Below, one piece after another: positions 37,655 to 50,096 of a stretch of 64,000 bases of DNA; position 1 is the stretch's first letter, and every line of letters starts with the position of its first letter. Origin of the DNA: Heterodontus francisci (lineage: Eukaryota); NCBI RefSeq assembly GCF_036365525.1, contig NC_090399.1, positions 31,404,430-31,468,429 on the forward strand, in the 5' to 3' direction. The notes beneath the pieces are model-generated. The model saw nothing but the letters and a program-made list of their open reading frames with translations. It was not told the DNA's origin and searched no databases. The position numbers and the translations under genes are program-made.

Positions 37655-39150
37655 TTTTGACTGTGACAGAATGCGCTATCTCACACATTGGCTCTTTGGC
37701 CAAAGTAAATCACAGCCAGATCGAGGCCTTGCTCTTTGGGAACTGGGCCTACCGATTCATTGTCCCCTTCACCGTCAGGTCAGACTACCAGAAGGTGCTG
37801 GGGATATAGTTTGGAGGGGCCAGGGCATGCGCCAAAAACTAGAAGGAGTGAATAGAAACTAGGCATAAGGGAGCAAAGCTCCCTCTCCATTATGGTTAAG
37901 AACCCGATCATCAGGTGCGAAGTGCTCTTGGTGCTGTTCTACATGGCACAGATTGGTCCACACAACACTCCTGCACGGTGGTAGTCACCCAAGCTATCTC
38001 CATTTTATCTGGAGATTGAAAATGGACCATGTGCATAGAGCCACAACATTCAAGCCTGTAAAGGAGGAAAAAACGTACCAACGTCGCTGTCATCCTGATG
38101 GCCACATTTGTGTGCTGCTGCATCAAGCTATTATTAAGCCTGCGGTACGCAAACAACAAGTAGCACTACGTGCTGAGGTTCTATCTATCCCTCGTGTTGC
38201 AAAGGATGGGGCTGGCCACATTGTTATGGAACGGTCCATTCAGTTGGACCGTGCCTTACCACCTGACCCTCACGGAATTTTTTTTTACAGAAAAGCACCC
38301 TTGACAACAAGCCCATCAGGCAGTGGTCTGCACATGACGTCCTCGAGGCCCTGTGGGCAAAGAAGATGGTGGATACTGTTGGATGGTTCCCCGACAAAAC
38401 TGTCAAAGTCATTTGGCAGAATGCCTTATCGACAGAACATTCAACCAAGTACCAAGATGTAGCTTGGCTGATGGTAAGAAGGGCCCTCCCTGTCAGATCC
38501 TTTCTGCACATCCAGAGCCTCACTGCTGCCCTTGATGAGCTATGGTGGGGAAGATATTGTCATCCACCTCCTTCTGGATTGTGCCTTTTTAAAGCAAGTG
38601 TGGATAAAGATGCAGCCGTTTTTTGTCAAGGTTTACTCCGAGTAGCTCTGCAAAGCAAGACTCAGTGCTCTACAGGTTGTTTCAAAGAACCACACTGAGA
38701 GAAGCATCAGCTGCTCCTGGAGGACCATCAACTCAGTGAAAGACACTCTTTGCTCTCTCCAAAACCTGCTGGTCTTCCAGTGCAAAGAGTTGTCGATGAC
38801 TGTGTGTTGCAGACTGGCACATTCCAAGGTCCATGTTGGGGGATGCACTAAAGACTGGGGCAGCTGCCACAAAGGCCGAATGGGGATAGGCCACTGTGTA
38901 AGGTCCTACCAGTATAGTATATTGATGTGCTGAAGCCCATGTGAAACAGCTCGGGTTTTATGCACCAGAGAATGTTTGACATGAAATATAAATGTACATT
39001 TTAAACATAACCTGCAATGGCAAGAGTAGTGAGGCACCTCATGTACTGTATTGAAAGAAACTGATCTGGATTGCACTTTAATGTCAAATTTGAACTGTCA
39101 CGTGATGTATTTTTTACAAATTTTATGAATGAAGTCTATTTTGGGGGAAA
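37655..39150 (+). mobile_element. Tx1/L1-like ORF2 C-terminal remnant and 3' UTR
   Basis: QDVAWLMVRRALPVRSFLH; colinear with 19995-21500. Confidence 0.8.
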
Positions 39151-39185
39151 GGTATGCTCTCTGACCTCTTTTTTGCTTTGCACAG

Positions 39186-39214
39186 TTATCACCTGGAGGT
39201 TCGAGGCACATTGA
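39186..39214 (+). CDS. Candidate terminal cytoplasmic exon (VITWRFEAH*)
   Basis: Strong acceptor ctcttttttgctttgcacAG, in phase with the TM exon, giving a short tyrosine-free tail. No canonical AATAAA seen nearby. Confidence 0.45.
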
Positions 39215-40338
39215 TATTCAGGAAGGTGGAACAGAACACGGGGCACTAACTTCCTGGTGGAGATCGAACAGGATGACTTCAATCTTGCTGATGTTACAGA
39301 GGATTCCGGGACATCTAGGGCTTCATGCCCAATGGATAGTCAAACAACATGGGATGGCCTTGCAGTGTGAACAATTAAGGCAATGTCTCACTGGAAATTA
39401 TATGAAAATAAGCTCTATTTTTTGTGAATGATATCACGACGTATTCGTATGCATGCGAGGATAAGAAGACAGTCAAACAGGGAGCATTGCCACTCCTTGG
39501 GCGTAACTATAGGGAAATGGGAGAAAAATGCATTAGAGGATCTGTACCGTTACATTGGGAAGGTTACCAACATGAACAGCGCCACAGGTGTAAATCGGAG
39601 AGGAGAGGTAGTGCTCAACTGTGTTAATAACTGCCGATGATGAAGGATATCGCGCCATGACCACAATCGGCTGTCACTGGTGTCCTTAAGCATGGTGGTG
39701 TGGGCAGGACAGAGATAGTGATACAAACGGGGATGGTTAGAGAGTTAGGTGAAGCGTTGGGTGTTGAGATGCGTCGCGGTATCTTGAACAGAACGAGAAT
39801 TTTACATATAGATCCACAACTGAAGTGAATAGTAACATGGAAGCCGGGTTTTTTGTGAAAGAGGAAGGCAACGACAATGATTTAAGGAGGTACCATGTCT
39901 GAGGAGGAGGAGGAGCAGAACTCCATTGAAATAAGTTAATTGAGTAGGCTTTAGAGGGACACCTAAAGTTAGATAGTAAGTCTCAGGGAGGCCCTGATTC
40001 TGATTAGAACAAGGTGGGATATATGGGTAACAGTAGAGCATTGCGGAGCGGGAACTGGAGTGGGTAGGACTTGAGGTAGAGAGAAAGCAGGAAGCAAAGG
40101 CATACGAGAGGATAAACATTAGGGAGGGTTTATTCACATTCAGTGACTGTTGCCAATTTGGCTAAACATTTCTATTCTCTGTTATTTCATGGATCTACGT
40201 ATTAAAACATAATCTGCGACATTAATACGAAAAAGTGATATGGACCGAAGAAAGCTCAGCGATTTGATAATAATACCACTTAAGATGCAACTCCAAGCAC
40301 CACTGGCTGAAGGAAAAGTGACAGGCGGTTGTATACAG

Positions 40339-42085
40339 TCTCTTTTGGGCCTCCTTATCTCGAGAGACAATGGATACGCGCCTGGAGGTGGTCAGTGGTT
40401 TGTGAAGCAGCGCCTGGAGTGGCTATAAAGGCCAATTCTGGAGTGACAGGCTCTTCCACAGGTGCTGCAGAGAAATTTGTTTGTTGGGGCTGTTGCACAG
40501 TTGGCTCTCCCCTTGCGCCTCTGTCTTTTTTCCTGCCAACTACTAAGTCTCTTCGACTCGCCACAATTTAGCCCTGTCTTTATGGCTGCCCGCCAGCTCT
40601 GGCGAATGCTGGCAACTGACTCCCACGACTTGTGATCAATGTCACACGATTTCATGTCGCGTTTGCAGACGTCTTTATAACGGAGACATGGACGGCCGGT
40701 GGGTCTGATACCAGTGGCGAGCTCGCTGTACAATGTGTCTTTGGGGATCCTGCCATCTTCCATGCGGCTCACATGGCCAAGCCATCTCAAGCGCCGCTGA
40801 CTCAGTAGTGTGTGTAAGCTGGGGGTGTTGGCCGCTTCAAGGACTTCTGTGTTGGAGATATAGTCCTGCCACCTGATGCCAAGTATTCTCCGAAGGCAGC
40901 GAAGATGGAATGAATTGAGACGTCGCTCTTGGCTGGCATACGTTGTCCAGGCCTCGCTGCCGTAGAGCAAGGTACTGAGGACACAGGCCTGATACACTCG
41001 GACTTTTGTGTTCCGTGTCAGTGCGCCATTTTCCCACACTCTCTTGGCCAGTCTGAACATAGCAGTGGAAGCCTTACCCATGCGCTTGTTGATTTCTGCA
41101 TCTAGAGACAGGTTACTGGTGATAGTTGAGCCTAGGTAGGTGAACTCTTGAACCACTTCCAGAGCGTGGTCGCCAATATTGATGGATGGAGCATTTCTGA
41201 CATCCTGCCCCATGATGTTCGTTTTCTTGAGGCTGATGGTTAGGCCAAATTCATTGCAGGCAGACGCAAACCTGTCGATGAGACTCTGCAGGCATTCTTC
41301 AGTGTGAGATGTTAAAGCAGCATCGTCAGCAAAGAGGAGTTCTCTGATGAAGACTTTCCGTACTTTGGACTTCGCTCTTAGACGGGCAAGGTTGAACAAC
41401 CTGCCCCCTGATCTTGTGTGGAGGAAAATTCCTTCTTCAGAGGATTTGAACGCATGTGAAAGCAGCAGGGAGAAGAAAATCCCAAAAAGTGTGGGTGCGA
41501 GAACACAGCCCTGTTTCACACCACTCAGGATAGGAAAGGGCTCTGATGAGGAGCCACCATGTTGAATTGTGCCTTTCATATTGTCATGGAATGAGGTGAT
41601 GATACTTAGTAGCTTTGGTGGACATCCGATCTTTTCTAGTAGTCTGAAGAGACCACGTCTGCTGACGAGGTCAAAGGCTTTGGTGAGATCAATGAAAGCA
41701 ATGTAGAGGGGCATCTGTTGTTCACGGCATTTCTCCTGTATCTGACGAAGGGAGAACAGCATGTCAATAGTCGATCTCTCTGCACGAAAGCCACACTGTG
41801 CCTCAGGGTAGACGCGCTCGGCCAGCTTCTGGAGCCTGTTCAGAGCGACTCGAGCAAAGACTTTCCCCACTATGCTGAGCAGGGAGATTCCACGGTAGTT
41901 GTTGCAGTCACCGCGGTCACCTTTGTTTTTATAGAGGGTGATGATGTTGGCATCGCGCATGTCCTGGGGTACTGCTCCCTCGTCCCAGCACAGGCACAGC
42001 AGTTCATGTAGTGCTGAGAGTATAGCAGGCTTGGCACTCTTGATTATTTCAGGGGTAATGCTGTCCTTCCCAGGGGCTTTTCCGC
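40339..42085 (-). mobile_element. RTE-clade LINE, 5'-truncated, young
   Basis: Open RT-to-C-terminus frame plus a short 3' UTR shared with 10676-10820. Confidence 0.95.
40392..42085 (-). CDS. RTE reverse transcriptase and C-terminal C2H2 (no endonuclease, no native start)
   Basis: KAPGKD, NYRGISLLS, QCGFR, FIDLTKAFD, GVKQGCVLAP, LLFADD, YLGS, RLRWLGH and CSTCGRACHSRIGLYSH, all uninterrupted. Confidence 0.9.
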
Positions 42086-43374
42086 GTGATTTGTCAAAAG
42101 CCAGGGACAATGTTTTTTTTAATTCACTTCAGTCTAAATAGTGATTGCTTGTTTTATTTCCGTTTTATTCTTTTCGGTACACCCCTTAATTCTTCTAAAT
42201 GTTACGCTTTTTGCCGAATTTGGTCATTTCTCACATAAGGTTTTCTTAGTCTTTTGTGGAAATTATGTATATTACGTCAATACAAATTTGCATCCTACCT
42301 ACTCAGCTTTCCACCTTATTCAGTTAGTTTTCCGACAGACCAACTGTGTTAGAATCGCCCCATTGTTTTGATAGCGACACTCATTAGACATTCTCCTGCC
42401 TTGTTTCATTGCTCCTCAGGCCCAACGTCTGATTATTATCCTTGAACAAGGGCACATAACGGGTTTATTTGACATGTCTTCCGAGGGAAAATTGGAACTG
42501 AGCAACCTGGTTCAGGCCGGTCTCCATACACCAGAACACTATTGAGAGACGGCCGTGAACCTGGCTCATTAATTACAGATACAGATCTGGCGCTGGGTGT
42601 TGGAACTCTACCTGCTGTGTCCAGGAATCCTGAAAACCATCCTTTCAATGGACAAAATGGTTCTGGTTGAAAAGTAGCAAGGAGATTGTCGATGCAATGT
42701 GCTTGGATGTAGTTTTAGATGGCTTAGCACACAGCAGCACTCTTGCATACACTTGAGTGCAACAAAATCTTGCTCTTGCCGATTTGTACTTGGGAAACCA
42801 GGATTGAGACAGAGTTTGCACTCATCACTGGGTAAACAAACCCTCCTGGGATGGATTTCTCTAGTTTGGATTGTAGATTTTTCAGTTTAATGATTGACAT
42901 CTACATGTCAGACACTTGTCTGACCAAAAGTCAGTCCGAAAAACAAATTATGCCTTCTCCAGCCTTGTCTACCTCTTACAATCTATAGTCTCGTAGAGCC
43001 CAAGTTGTAGATCATCTAACATGACATATCGATTTTTTTTTGTCTCAGCTGTTACTTGAACTTTGAAAGTTTCCATTATTAAGTTCCTTGGGCCTTAGCA
43101 TTGGTTTATTTCAATTTTTAAAAAGTAAAGTTCATCATTATAACAGAATGGTATAATTGGTGATCTTCGTCAACAAAATGCTAGGTAAAACCTGTATGTT
43201 CACGGATTCCTGAATACTTCTCGCAGACAGGAAAAATAAGACAGCACAGAGGGAATATTGCTAGCCGAGTTGTGATGTATTGAAAGGATTGCTTTTATTT
43301 CCACGGGGAAACTGCAAGGGTTTAATGAGAGCAGGTCCATATTCCCCGACTCCAATAACCCCAGGAGAACTGTT

Positions 43375-45600
43375 TTTCTTTTTTTTATTCATTCATGGGA
43401 TGTGGTTTTCACTGGCTAGGCCAGCATTTATTGCCCATCCCTAATTGCCTTTGAGAAGGTGGTGATGAGCTGCCTTCTTGAACCGCTGCAGTCCAGGGCA
43501 GGTAGGGACAACCACTGTTGTTAGCAAGGGCTTTTCAGAATTTTGTGCCAGCGACAGTGAAGGAATAGCGATATAGTTCCAAGTCAGGATGGTGTGTGGC
43601 TTGGAGGGGAACTTGCAGGTGGTGGTGTTCCCATGCATTTGCTGCCCTTGTCCTTCTAGTTGGTAGTGGTCACGGGTTTGGAGGATGCTTTCTACGGAGC
43701 CTCGCTGTGTTGCTGCAGTGCATCTTGTAGATGGTACACACTGCTGCTACTGTGCGTCGGTGGTGGAGGGAGTGAATGTTTGTGCTTGGGGTGTCAATCA
43801 AGTGGGCTGCTTTGTCCTGGATGGTGTCGAGCTTCTTGAGTGTTGTTGGCGCTGCACCCATCCAGGCAAATGGAGGGTATTCCATCACATTCCTGACTTG
43901 TGTCTTGTAGATGGTCGGCAGGCTTTAGGGAGTCAGGAGGTGAGCTACTGTCCTCAGGATTCCTGGCCTCTGACCTGCTCTTGTAGCCATGGTATTTATA
44001 TGGCTACTCCAGTTCAGCCTCTGGTCAATGGTAACCCCTAGGATGTTATTGTGGGGAATTCAGTGATCATAATGCCATTGAATGTCAAGGGGAGATGGCT
44101 ACAATTTCTCTTGTTGGAGATGGTCATTTCCTGGCACTTGTGTGGCACGAATGTTACTTGTCACTTATCAGCCCAGTCCTGGATATCGTCTAGGTCTTTC
44201 TGCGTAACTACACGGACTGCTTCAGTACCTGAGCAGTCACGAATGGTGCTGAACATTGTGCAATCATCAGCGAACATCCCCACCTCTGACCTTGTGATTG
44301 AAGGAAGGTTATTGATGAAGCAGCTGTAGATGGTTTGGCCAAAGACACTGCCCTGAGGAACTCCTGCAGTGATGTCCTGGAGCTGGTTTGATTGACATTC
44401 AGCAACCATAACCATCTTCCTTTGTGCTTGGTATGACTCCAACCAGCGGAGGGTTTTCTCGCTGATTCCTTTTGACTTCCGTTTTCCTGTGACTCCTTGA
44501 TGCCATACTCGGTCAAATGCTGCCCTGATGTCAAGGGCACTAAATCTCACCTCACTTTTGAGTTCAGCTCTTTTGTCCATGTTTGAATCAAGGCTGTAAT
44601 GAGGTCAGGAGCTGAGTGGCCCTGGTGGAACCCAAACTGAGTGTCACTGAGCAGCTTGTTGCTAAGCAAGTGCCATTTGATAGTACTGTCGATGACACCT
44701 TTCATCACTTTACTGATGATTGAGAGTAGACTGATGGGGCGGTAATTGGTTAGGATGGACTTGACCTGGTTTTTGTGTACAGGACATACCTGGGCAATTT
44801 TCCACATTGCAGAGTAGATGCCAGTGTTGTAGCTGTACTGGAATAGCTTGGCTGGGGGCACGGCAAGTTCTGGAGTACAGGTCTTCAGTACTAATGCCGG
44901 ATTATTGTCAGGGCTCATAGCCTTTGCAGTATCCAGTGCCTTCAGTTGTTTCTTCATAGAACGCAGTGTGAATCAAGTAGGCTGAAGTCTGGCATCTGTG
45001 CTGCTGGGGATTTTGGGTGGAGACTGAGATGGATCATCAACTCGGCACATCTGGTTGAAGATTGTTGCAAATGCTTCAGCCTTATGTTTTGCACTGATGT
45101 GCTGGACTGCCCCATCATTGAGGTTGAGGATGAGGATAGTTGTGGAGCCACCTCCTCCAGTTAGTTCTTGAATTGTCCACTACCATTCACGGCTGGATAT
45201 GGCAGGACTGCAGAGCTTAAATCTGATCCATTGCTTATGGGATTGTTTTTCTCCATCTATCGCATGCTGCTTACGCAGTTTGGCACACAAGTAGCCCAGT
45301 GTTGTAGCTTGACCAGGTTGATACCTCATTTTGAGTTATGCCCTCCTGCATTCGTCATTGAACCAGGGTTGGTCCCCCAGGTTGATGGTAATAAAAGAGT
45401 AGGGGATATGCCAGGGCATGAGGTTATAGATTGTGGTTGAATATATTTCTGCTGCTGCCCAATTTTGCATTGCTAGATCTGTTCGAAATCTATCCCCTTT
45501 AGCAGACTAGTCATGCCACACAGCACGATAGGTGGTAATCAGCAGGAGGTTTCCTTGTTCATGTTTGATCTGAAGGCTTGCGAATTAATGGGGTCCAAAG
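43375..45600 (-). mobile_element. Family B CR1-type LINE, 5'-truncated
   Basis: NYRPISLLSIISKVM, AAFDRVWH, GVPQGSV and MFADD motifs plus the tail. Confidence 0.9.
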
Positions 45601-45739
45601 TCGATGTTAAGAATGCCCAGGGGAACTGGCCAGACCACCCAGCACTGACTGATGCACCAGAAATGGCAACAGCAAATCCAGCCCTGTCGACCCTGCAGGG
45701 TGGTCTGGCCAGTTTCATTCACTTTGTCATGGTTAGATA

Positions 45740-45962
45740 CAACTGATTGGCTTACTTGGCCATTTTAGAGTCAACCACATTGCTGTGGATCTGGAGTTAC
45801 ATATAGGCCAGACGATTTATTTTCCTAAAGGACAGCAGTTAACCAGATGGGTTTTTACAACAATCGACAATGGTGTTACGGCCATCATTACACTATTTTT
45901 TTAAACTCCAGATTTTATTAATTGAATTTAAATTTCACCTTTGGTTGGGGTGGGATTCGAGC
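45740..45962 (-). mobile_element. tRNA-derived SINE fragment
   Basis: The reverse complement has a B box (ctcgaatccc) followed by gaaatttaaattcaattaataaa, as in 36110-36275. Confidence 0.55.
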
Positions 45963-45966
45963 CCTT

Positions 45967-46703
45967 GGCCGGAATTTTACGCCGCCCCAACGGGTCGGAT
46001 GGTGACGTGGGGACGGCGTAAAATTGAGTGGCAGGCTCCAGGAGGCCTAACCGCCCTGATTCTGCCTGCAACCAAGTTTACAGAGGTCTTGCGGGGGGAG
46101 CAGGGGGGTGAGAAGCGGCCCGCCCACCCAAGGCCAACCAAGTCCCTTAAGTGGCCATTTAACGGCCACTTAACGGCCCTTGCCTGCCTCCATGGGTATT
46201 TTACCCGTGACAAGCGTGTGTGCCGGGGACATGAAAGGCCACCCAGCTATAGCTGCCGGTGTTTCCGCACCCCGGGGATGCTGGCAATCGGACACAGGGT
46301 CCCCCACTTCCCAACCCAACCCCAGGATCCAAGACGCCCCTCTCCCCCCAAACGACCACCCTAGCCTCACCAGGGTACGACCGATTCCCCTGGTGAGGCA
46401 ACCCAAAGTTACCTTCAGTCCCGGCTCCTTGGTATCCTCCTCCGTCGGCTGGGCTATAGTCCCAGCAGTGGCCACAGCTCCCAGTGGCGCTGCTGAGACC
46501 AGGAGCTGCCGGCCGCTGATTGGCCAGCAGTTCACAGAGGTGGGACCTACCTCCCTCATGGAGGTGGAAGTCCCGCCTCGGGACAATTAAAGCCTGGGGA
46601 TCCGTAAAATACAGGATGAATTCCCAGGTTGGGCGGAAGCGGGTTCGGCACCGACTATTATGTCAGAGTCTGGCTCCCATCTGCCCAGTGTAAAATTCCG
46701 GCC
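45967..46703. mobile_element. MITE with 14-bp perfect TIRs (Harbinger-associated)
   Basis: GGCCGGAATTTTAC at 45967-45980 and GTAAAATTCCGGCC at 46690-46703. No clear TSD. Confidence 0.8.
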
Positions 46704-46725
46704 CACGTCTCCGGAAAAATACCTT

Positions 46726-49700
46726 GGCCGGAATTTTACCTTAATCGCTGGCTCCGGTACAGGTGGAACTCAAACTGATGTGGCCTCCGATCCCGTGCTG
46801 CATATCCTGTCCACCGGCATCACGTGCTGGGCAGCCAATTAGCAGCCCCGCAGCGTAACTGAGACCTGAATCGGCTCGTGCGGGCGGGAAGATATACATC
46901 ATTGGGGGCAGAGCCACATCCGGGAATGTCTGATGCACGCCCCTGAAAAATGTTTAGTTCAATGAAATTGACCAGGTACTTATTCATTGTTTGTAAATTT
47001 GCTGTATTAGTTGTGTTGCACTGAGAGGCTACAGTTCTGTTAGGGCAGAAGGAGTTAGAGATTTAAACACTGGTGGAGGAAGTCACGGAGGGGAGAAGCA
47101 CTCGCTCAGCCCCCTGTTTTTCGGATGCATCACTACAGGCAGCTGAGGAGAGGCGTGAGATCCTGATCAACCCAGACGGTAGAAGGCAATCATCGAAAGT
47201 GACAAAGAGGGCCTGGCTGGAGGTCGTGGAGGAGGTCAGCAGCCGTGGCATCGTTAGGCACATATGGATACAGTGCCGCAAGTGCCTCAATGACCTGCTT
47301 CGCTCTGCCCGGGTAAGGGGCATCCCTCATTCATCTAATCGATATTTTGTTAAGGGAGGGTGTATCTGTATTCATGATGCAATGTGGAACCCCTCTGTGA
47401 TCATTGCCTGGCTGCATCCTTGCATTGGGATGCAAGATGGGCATATGTGAGATGAACATTGAGGAGGGATTGCTGAGGGCGCGCTCAGCAATGGCACAGC
47501 AGTTAAATGCCACAACAACCCATTTGGGTGATTGCGTGACATGCCCACAAAAATGTTTGAACTAATTTTTTTTTCTTTCATTAGGAGAGAGGTCCCGGAC
47601 AGGTGGTGGCATGGCCTGTCCTGCATCAAATGGAGGAGGATGCACTGATCATAGTAGGGGAGGAAGGAGGGTGAGCCGTAGCAGATGGCGAGGCCGGTGG
47701 ACATGAGAGTGAGTGATACAGAAAGTGGTGTATTAGTGCATTTCGCGGGGGAGGGGGCAGGGCGGGGGAGCGTTGGTGGGCCAATGTTGTGATTATTGAC
47801 TAATGAACATAATTTTGCCCTCAAAAGTCACATCACACTGATGTGACCATAATGGAGTCAAATACATTTTCTCAACTCTGGCTTTCTGATCAAACTAATC
47901 AATATGATTTTCCCATCAGGTGACCAACAGCATAGACCAGGAAGCATCTCCATTGTACCACCATCAACCTCTGAGGTTGAGGAGGCCGCCTCAGAGGAGG
48001 CACTGTCACATCCTCGCGACACACCAAGCACCAGCGCAGATATAGACACCTCGGTTGGAATTTGCGTGTCCGTGGAATTGATTTCACATCCAGATGTCAG
48101 CACAGCATAGTTGCCAGGCCAGCCACCGAAGGCAGAATCGGCCGATGCCTCACATAGTCGGAGGAGTGTGGGAGGCCAGGCCAGTGCAGAGCAGCAAGCT
48201 GATGACATGCCTTTGAGAACATCCATTCAGCGAGAGATGCTGCAGGTGCAGCAAGCAGTCCTTGAAAATCTGGTGGAGTTGCCTGAGACAATCAGACTCT
48301 GGCTACATCCAAGTAATGCTGGAAATACTCAGCAGGTCTGGCAGCATCTGTGGAAAGAGAAGCAGAGTTAACGTTTCAGGTCAGTGACTCTTCTTCGGAG
48401 TTCCAGAGAAGAGTCACTGACCTGAAACGTTAACTCTGCTTCTCTTTCCACAGATGCTGCCAGACCTGCTGAGTATTTCCAGCATTTCTTGTTTTTATTT
48501 CAAATTTCCAGCATCCGCAGTATTTTGCTTTTATTCTGGCTACATCCATCCAGGAGTATGACTTCTGCTCACTCTCAGGCAATTGAACATCTGGCTTCCT
48601 CCATTGACAGATTGGCGGCTGCAGTGGAGGGGCCAGTTCTGGATGCACTTCGTGATGTCAGATAAATTGTGGCCTCCCTGGACCAGAGCATCAGAGATCA
48701 GAATCTGATGTGCTGGCACCAGGTCAAGGCCGCTCATCCTTCTGATGTCACCATTGAGGATCGTCTGAGCCTCACGAGGGCACAGGGGCAGCAGAGCGCA
48801 TATGGGAGCTCCTCTCAGGGTGCCTCTGATGCATCCTCCAGCTCCTTGCTCCCTCAGCCAGAGACATGTGATCAGCGAAATCCCAGGGTGTTACATGGTA
48901 CTCATGAGATTTCTCAGGAGAACCCTGAGATGCCGGGGCCCTCACGGCTGCAAGCAAGCAGAGGACATCCGCCAAAGTCATCACAAGCAGGGCAGCAAAC
49001 AGTTCAGCCACCTGCCTCTGGTGTGTCTGGTGGCGAGGGATCATGCACCCGAAAGAGCACTCGGAAAAGATTTAAGAAATCACTTTAACATCACTAATGG
49101 TTCACAGGGTGAATTGAAAGGTTTTTTTATTTGAATGTGTTACAAAATATTGTAATAAATTGGGTTATCTGAGATTTTGTCATGGCTTTCCTCAAATCAA
49201 ATCCAACATCGTTGCTCAACAAAAGTAGTTCAACATGTGAGGTCTCACACTTGGGTTGCGTTCCTCATGATGTGAAGGAATGCATTGTCGCATTCTCTTT
49301 CCCTGCAAAGGTGAGTGATTTTGCCCTTTCAGAGCCTCACAATTAGTCTTGTCAGACAGTAATCCCAATCGTGCGGAAATTTACAGACACTCAATGGAAA
49401 GTCTGCCTCTTAAAGACACCCTTGCCTCTCAAGCACTTAGATCCAAATTACATTCAGCTTCCTCTCCATGACCATTAAGTCAGTGGTGTCCAGCTTCATC
49501 ATCAGAAACATCATCGTTATCTGATGACACATCGTGCTGGCATTGATCCTCCTCCAGTGCCTCTCCATTTTCAATCGCCAGGTTATGCAAGGCACAGCAG
49601 AGGACAAGTATATTTGAAACCCTTGAGGGTGTGTGCTCGAGTGCTCCACCTGAGCGGTCAAGACACCTAAACCTCATCTTAAGCAGGCCTACGGTTTGTT

Positions 49701-49735
49701 CGAAGGTCACTGTTGTGGCCGCATGGCTGTGTGTT
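46726..49735. mobile_element. Harbinger transposon remnant: Myb/SANT-like gene (+) convergent with a transposase C-terminus (-)
   Basis: Left TIR at 46726. The + strand reads APCFSDASL...KRAWLEV...QCRKCLNDL then GTaagg, with the last exon ending KSTRKRFKKSL* at 49088. The - strand reads FEQTVGLLKMRFRCLDRSGGAL...CCALHNLA at 49480-49735. Confidence 0.85.
48312..48534. mobile_element. Inverted Penelope pLTR pair with 14-bp TSD
   Basis: Near-perfect arms of about 85 bp. TCTGGCTACATCCA flanks the pair at 48298-48311 and 48535-48548. Confidence 0.9.
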
Positions 49736-49749
49736 GCTTTCAGAGGTCA

Positions 49750-50096
49750 GTTTAGTTTAGTTTAGTTTAGAGATACAGCACTGAAACAGGCCCTTCGGCC
49801 CACCGAGTCTGTGCCGACCATCAACCACCCATTTATACTAATCCTACACTAATCCCATATTCCTACCACATCCCCACCTGTCCCTATATACTTCCCTACC
49901 ACCTACCTATACTAGGGGCAATTTGTAATGGCCAATTAACCTATCAACCTGTAAGTCTTTGGCGTGTGGGAGGAAACCGGAGGAAACCCACGCAGACACA
50001 GGGAGAACTTGCAAACTCCGTACAGGCAGTACCCAGAATCGAACCCGGGTCCCTGGAGCTATGAGGCTGCGGTGCTAACCACTGCGCCACTGTGCC
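49750..50096 (-). mobile_element. Full-length V-core tRNA SINE (HE1-like)
   Basis: A box gtggcgcagtgg, B box gggttcgattc, V core and a (TAAAC)n tail. Confidence 0.9.

Noticed and set aside
50030-50096. tRNA gene
   Set aside because: It is the A/B-box head of the V-core SINE, followed by SINE body and tail.
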